This document shows, piece by piece, positions 58,958 through 64,000 of a DNA stretch of 64,000 nucleotides. The notes under the pieces were generated by a model. The model saw nothing but the letters and a program-made list of their open reading frames with translations, searched no databases and was not told the DNA's origin. Numbering within the stretch: position 1 is the first letter of the stretch; every line of letters begins with the position of its first letter. Source of the DNA: Nitrospirota bacterium (GTDB lineage: Bacteria > Nitrospirota > Thermodesulfovibrionia > Thermodesulfovibrionales > JdFR-86); contig CAVRJY010000001.1 in the NCBI GenBank assembly GCA_963721805.1, positions 1,312,001 to 1,376,000 on the forward strand. Reading direction: 5' to 3'. Made by a program: the position numbers and the translations under genes.

Positions 58958-60911
58958 TTATGCTAATCCTAGCGCTGTTCTCTTTGTCTCTATATGCTTT
59001 TCAAGCATGTCCGCCACAGCTATCGGGTCATCGCCAACCATAAACCTTGCACCAAGCAGCCCTTCGAGATCCTCGGTGAGCAGTTTCGTCATCAAGCTGC
59101 TTCCTTTTATCCGGGGCACGGGGTTCACATGCGTGGTCACGCCCAGCGAGACCGCCCATGTGCCTATCGATAACGCCTTTTCAGTAGTCGCCTCAGGCGC
59201 ACTGGCCGCGACAGGCAGGCTGTGGATCGGCACATTGAGTCTCTCAGCCAGCGCCTTCAACAGCACGCCTATCCTAGAGTTATCCACGCATGAGCCGAAG
59301 TGAAGCACGGGGGGAAGGGCCTCTATCCCCGCGGCCTGACCAACCACCTTAAGGACACCCTGAAGCTTGCTGCCCGCTTTCTTGTAGCCCTCGGGCGACA
59401 TCAGCCCGGACTTTGCATGTGCGATGGCCGCGCATCCGGTGGCGATTACGAGGATATTTCTCTTTACTAGTTCCTCGGCGATCTTCACGTGCATGAAATC
59501 ATGCTTGACCTTGGGGTTGTTGCAGCCTACGATAGCGACGACGCCTTTTATGTTGCCGTTCGCTATGTTGTCGATAAGCGGTTTAAGCGGGTCTTTTGGA
59601 TCGAGCTTTGATAATGTACCCACTATGGCCTCAACGGAAAATCCCACGATTGCCTTTTCTTTTATGGCCGGGATTTCCACCTTGGAGTTATCCCGGTTTT
59701 TATAATTCTCTATGGCGATCCTTACTATCTTCTTTGCTATCTCGTCGGCCTGGGATTCGACGAACTCGATGTGCTCCGCCCCGGGGATCTTGGCAATCGG
59801 CGACGTCGTGATTACCTTTCGTGTGATACGATTCCGCCACCCTTACGACAGCGGGATAGATGCACTGCACGTCGACGACCATGGCCTCGAGCGCGCCCGT
59901 TACGATAGCGAGCTCGGAATTAAGCTCGTTGCCCGCGATCGGCACGCCCTGGCGCATCAGCAGCTCGTTGCCAGTGCAGCATATCCCGACCAGATTTATT
60001 CCCTTGGCGCCTGATTTCCTCGATTCAGCCTGAAGCGCGTCGACGGCCTCCACTATTTTCTCGCTCAGTATCGGCACGTGCCCATGGACCGCAATGTTGA
60101 TGTAGTCCTTGTCGATGACGCCCAGGCTGGCTTCTATTACCTTTGGGCTTGGAGTGCCGAACAATACATCCTGGATATCCGTGGCCATGTGCAAGCCGCC
60201 ATAACCGTCAATTATGCCCGCCTTCAGGGTCCCCAGCGAGATATTGACCGGGTCCGCGTCGACTCCCATATGCGAGCGGTGCATCCCTTCTGTTATTGTC
60301 ATGTCAGCGCCAACAGGCATTACGCCCAGTTTCTCCCATGTTTCCATTCGTTCCTTGGTGGCGTGCATCCGAAGCCACGACATGACGCCCTTTTTTTGTT
60401 TGCCGAGATCATCGAGCGCGATATTGGCCACCTGCTTTGCGAGCTCGTTTACGTCCATCTTGGCGGCATTTACAATCGCCAGGTTTTCGGCTATGTTCCT
60501 CAGCTTTGCCTCGTCCTTGATTTTGTATGGGACTGTGTCTTCCGAAGCCTCCAGTAATGTCAGGACGGCATGCCTGGCATGGTCTATGTGCGCGGAAGCC
60601 CCTCCCAGGACATTTCGCAAGAGTCCCCTCGCGACCATCGTGTGAGCGCTGGCGCCGCATACCCCTGTCATCTTCGGGTCTTTCCCCGAGAGCCTGCACG
60701 GTCCCATAAGGCAGTTCCTGCAGGAGACGCCATTTTCGCAGTACACGCAGTGCGGGTGCTGGTCATCGCTTCTTTTGAAAACAGTGCGTATATCCTCTCT
60801 ATCGGCCTTCTCCAGCATCTGGGCATTGGCCGGGTCAATGGTTCTTTCTTCCCAGTATCTTGGGGATTTCTTGTGCAGCATCTCCGAGAGTTTGGAGATT
60901 TTATCGTCCAT
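58958..60911 (-). CDS. cooS: anaerobic Ni,Fe carbon-monoxide dehydrogenase (frameshift ~59815)
   Basis: CRNCLMGPC B-cluster; HGH, CCTGNE, DVQC, GCNN, GCAA, GSCVDN C-cluster ligands; HIDH; EKA. Confidence 0.95.
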
Positions 60912-60974
60912 GGCGCGTTCCTTTCCGGGCTGTTCACGGCTGGCATTGCAGTCCCAAGCACTCTGCTTAACATC

Positions 60975-61003
60975 AGCGTACGCCAATATTTGAGAGGTGT
61001 CAA
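60975..61003 (-). promoter_or_regulatory. candidate sigma70 promoter of cooS
   Basis: Minus strand TTGACA-17 bp-TACGCT. Confidence 0.55.
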
Positions 61004-61022
61004 TTTGCATGGCCGGTCAATA

Positions 61023-61058
61023 AAAGAGGGGAAGGCCGTCTCGGGCCTTCCCCTCTTT
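61023..61058. terminator. intrinsic terminator
   Basis: aaagaggggaaggcc-gtctcg-ggccttcccctcttt. Confidence 0.8.
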
Positions 61059-61113
61059 AACGTTCCGCTATCCACTCAAAATTCGAGAGCAACGGGAATT
61101 TTGAGTGAGCTAT

Positions 61114-63160
61114 CTATGCGTCCTGGGCCTTGAGCGTGGCGGCGAGCTTGCGCTCCGCCTCCTTGAGCCACATCAGCCGCGCCGAACTCAGCAGCGACTC
61201 GTTTACCGCGTCTGTGATGAGCACTGGCTGGACGTCTAGGCCCTCGCGCCTCGTAAACGGCAGCAGCGCCTTCTTGGGGGCCTTCTTGAGCTTGGTCTTG
61301 ATCTCTGCCTCTGTCGGCTTCTTGAGCGGCTTGCCGAGGGCCTTTGCGATCTTCACGAAGATATCCCTGTGGGGCTTGGCGTTACCCGTGGCCTCGACCA
61401 TGATCGGGATGAACTTCGTGCGGCCCTTGAAGTCCACGATAGTGCCGTGGGACTCGAGGTAAGTGAGCGAGGGCAGGAACACGTCGGCCTGCTTCGCGAT
61501 CTCGGTCATGTGCGAGTCCTCGACGATCAGGAACTCGGTATCCGGCCTCCGGGTCATCGGCACCGAGCCGACGGCGTAAAGCACCTTGGAGCCGCTCGAT
61601 ACCATGTCCTTGAAGCTCTTGCCTTCGCTTATCAGGCCCATAAGCGCCACGCCCTTTGCGTTGCTCTCGTAGGTGACGGTGATTACGTTGCCCTTAAGAA
61701 GCGAGAGGTTCGACGAGGGGTTAAAAAAAGTAGCCGAGGTGTATATGATCGGGTTTTTGGCGGCGGCAAACAGCTCTGCCGCGAGCGCGGCCTCCTCCGA
61801 AGCGGTCGCGCCCTTGAGCTCGGCGCGCGAGCTTCTTGTCCACTTGCATGCCCTTGTCTGACGCGGCCTTTATCAACGACTTCAGGGACTCTACCTCATC
61901 GCCCCCGAGCCTCACCGCGGCTATCTTGTCGAGCTTGGTCTTCTCTGAGTTGACGACGATGAGCTTGGCCCCGCCGCGCACGACCCTGCGGCGCGTAGCC
62001 ACGTTCAGCATCGGGAGGATGCGGAGCCTCTGCGAGGGGTTGATCCCGACCATCACGATCAGGTCGGCGTCGTTGATCGAGGCGTTTTCGGAGTTGATCA
62101 GCGTATCGGGCTCGGCGTAGAGGCTCAGCGAGCTGTCGTAGTTTTTGGTCTTCAGCACGTCGTGGGCGAAGTTTTTAAGCGTTAGGGCGTCCTCGTTGAC
62201 GATGCTCGCGGTGCTGACCACGCCGACGTCCTTGCCGCCCTTTTTGAGCTGCTCGGCCACTACCTTGATGGCGTTGTCCCAGGTCGTCTCCTTGAGTTCG
62301 TCGTTGACCCTCACCATCGGCGTCGTGATGCGAGTCTCGGAGTCCACGTAGTCGTAGCCGAAGCGGCCGTAGGCGCAGATGTACTTCATGGCCGAGCCCT
62401 TCTCGGCGCCGGTATTGATCTTTTTGACCTTGCCGTCCTGCGTGCTGACGACGATGTCACAGGCATTGCCGCAGAGCATGCAGACCGCGTTGTTCTTCTC
62501 GTGCTCCCACTCGCGGCCGCCCTTGAAGCGGTCGTACTCCATGATCGCGTTGACCGGGCAGGCGTCGATGCAAGATCCGCAGAACGTGCAGTTGCTCTCG
62601 TGCAGCGAGCGGTCCACGACGGTCGTCACCTTAGCCCCGACTCCTCGGCCCATGAAATCAAGGACGTTCGTGTCCTGTTCCTTGCAGACGCGGATGCAGC
62701 GGCCGCAGAGGATGCAGTAGTCCGGCGACATCTTGATGAAGGGGTTGCCGACGTCCACGGGGTGGCCGAAGCTCTTCATCGTGAAGGAGGTCTTCTTCAT
62801 CCCGAAGTCGTGGGTGTATTTCTGGAGGTTGCAGACGCCGGCCTTCTTGCAGGTCATGCAGTCCAGCGGGTGCATCGAGAGTATCAGGTCGATGACGAAC
62901 TTGCGCTGCTCGCGGATGGGCTCGGTGTCGGTGCGCACCACCATGCCCTCCTTGACCTTCGTCGTGCAGGCAATGAGCGGGTTTCTGGAGCCCTCGACCT
63001 CGACCATGCAGAGCCTGCAGGCGCCGACGCCCTTCATGCCCTTGAGGTAGCAGAGGTTCGGGATGTGGATGCCCGCGAGTTCGGCCGCGTCTATGAGGTT
63101 CATATCGGCAGGCGCGCGGAATGTGATTCCGTCTATCGTAAGGCTAACGGTCTTGGACAT
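61114..63160 (-). CDS. NuoG/FdhA-like Fe-S protein (frameshifted)
   Basis: 2Fe-2S GACRLC, HPLDCMTC..C, CILCGRC, CTFCGSC, CMLCGNAC; degenerate molybdopterin domain. Confidence 0.85.
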
Positions 63161-63179
63161 TATACTGGTTCCCTCCATC

Positions 63180-63752
63180 TTATGTCGTCACTGGTTTTTT
63201 AGTGTCTATGTTTACGATGCGGATGGCGCCGGTCGGGCAGGCCTTTATGCATTCGCCGCACTTGACGCATCTTTTTTGTCTTATCTCAAACGGCAGGAAG
63301 CAGCACTTGACCGACTTTTTCTTCTCGCCGAGTATCGCGTCATACCTGCACACGTCCTGGCAGTCGCCGCAGAGTATGCATTCCCCTGGAGTTATACGAT
63401 ACTCGATCAGGTCCGGGCATTCCTTCGAGGGGCAAACGCCGGAGGCGTGCTCGTCGAAGCCGTCTTCCTTGAGAGCGGCAAGGAGGTATGCGGCCACGTC
63501 CTTGCCTTTTTTGCACAGCGACATCACCTGCATCATCGACGCTATTTTCCCGATCGCTGCGATGTCCTCGGCCGAGGCCTCGCCGCCGGCGAGCGCCTCA
63601 AGTCTCAGGCGCGCCTCGAAGCTGCCCATCGAGCACGGGAAACACCTGCCGCACATCGGCTCGGCCAGAAACTCCCTGACCACGTATGCCGAGCGCCTCA
63701 CCGGACAGCGCGTGCCCTCGGTTTCCTTTATGATGTCCTCAACGGTCTTCAT
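63180..63752 (-). CDS. NuoF C-terminal-like 4Fe-4S protein with ferredoxin domain
   Basis: GGAGG SD, MCGRCFPC...SLC, CILCGDC, CVKCGEC. Confidence 0.8.
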   Translation of the reverse strand: MKTVEDIIKETEGTRCPVRRSAYVVREFLAEPMCGRCFPCSMGSFEARLRLEALAGGEASAEDIAAIGKIASMMQVMSLCKKGKDVAAYLLAALKEDGFDEHASGVCPSKECPDLIEYRITPGECILCGDCQDVCRYDAILGEKKKSVKCCFLPFEIRQKRCVKCGECIKACPTGAIRIVNIDTKKPVTT

Positions 63753-63775
63753 CTTTCCTCCGGCTGTGGGGTTGG

Positions 63776-64000
63776 TCATTTTCTCTTCGCCCCGGCGCTG
63801 GCCACGTCTTTCTGCTTTAGGATCGAGATCGCCTTCTCGGGGCATACGTCGTAGCATGCCCTGCACTTCGTGCAGTAATCGGTGTCGATGAAATAGCTGG
63901 TGCGGGTCTCCTTGACCGCGTCGAAGGCGCAGGCCTTCATGCACTGGCCGCAGAGGGTGCACTTCTCGTCATTGATGACGTATGTGCCGAGGCCCTTGCA
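63776..64000 (-). CDS. 3' end of NuoF/HydB-like or ferredoxin-domain protein (partial)
   Basis: Manual translation ...CTLCGQCMKAC...CTKCRACYDVCP...; runs off window. Confidence 0.7.
   Translation of the reverse strand, partial: CKGLGTYVINDEKCTLCGQCMKACAFDAVKETRTSYFIDTDYCTKCRACYDVCPEKAISILKQKDVASAGAKRK

Overview
GC-rich bacterial chromosome segment. Gene content (futalosine mqnE/mqnC, MglA, HEAT-type chemosensory operon, giant multiheme cytochromes, octaheme nitrite reductase, Ni-CODH) suggests an anaerobic Nitrospirota- or Desulfobacterota-like organism; this is inference only. Many genes, including essential aspS, are split by single-base frameshifts, most likely long-read indel errors, so I report stitched genes with approximate joins. 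Layout: tRNA-Ser(GGA); an AT-rich two-gene cassette with a PD-(D/E)xK-like protein; a ~8.7 kb accessory block (perR-rubrerythrin operon, PLD nuclease, two NosL-like proteins, ECF sigma, RCC1 protein, hydrolase, membrane/TPR protein) bracketed by two inverted, diverged copies of a ~320 bp structured non-coding element; a housekeeping run (rluB-aspS-hslVU-rlpA-mqnE-mqnC-trxB); a DsrH/E/F-TusA sulfur relay; an NHL lipoprotein with ~29- and ~13-heme paralogous cytochromes; a split chemosensory system (cheY-cheA-ExeA, and cheW-MCP-MCP-cheW-HEAT-cheR-cheB, including a heme-c MCP with a PhnD-like tail); c-di-GMP enzymes around secA and an extended MglA; tkt, lipA, an aminotransferase; a lower-GC pair of exported orphan genes; and an energy module (octaheme NiR, CxxC-D-cluster CODH, NuoG/NuoF-like subunits). 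No CRISPR array, rRNA, integrase or transposase was seen.
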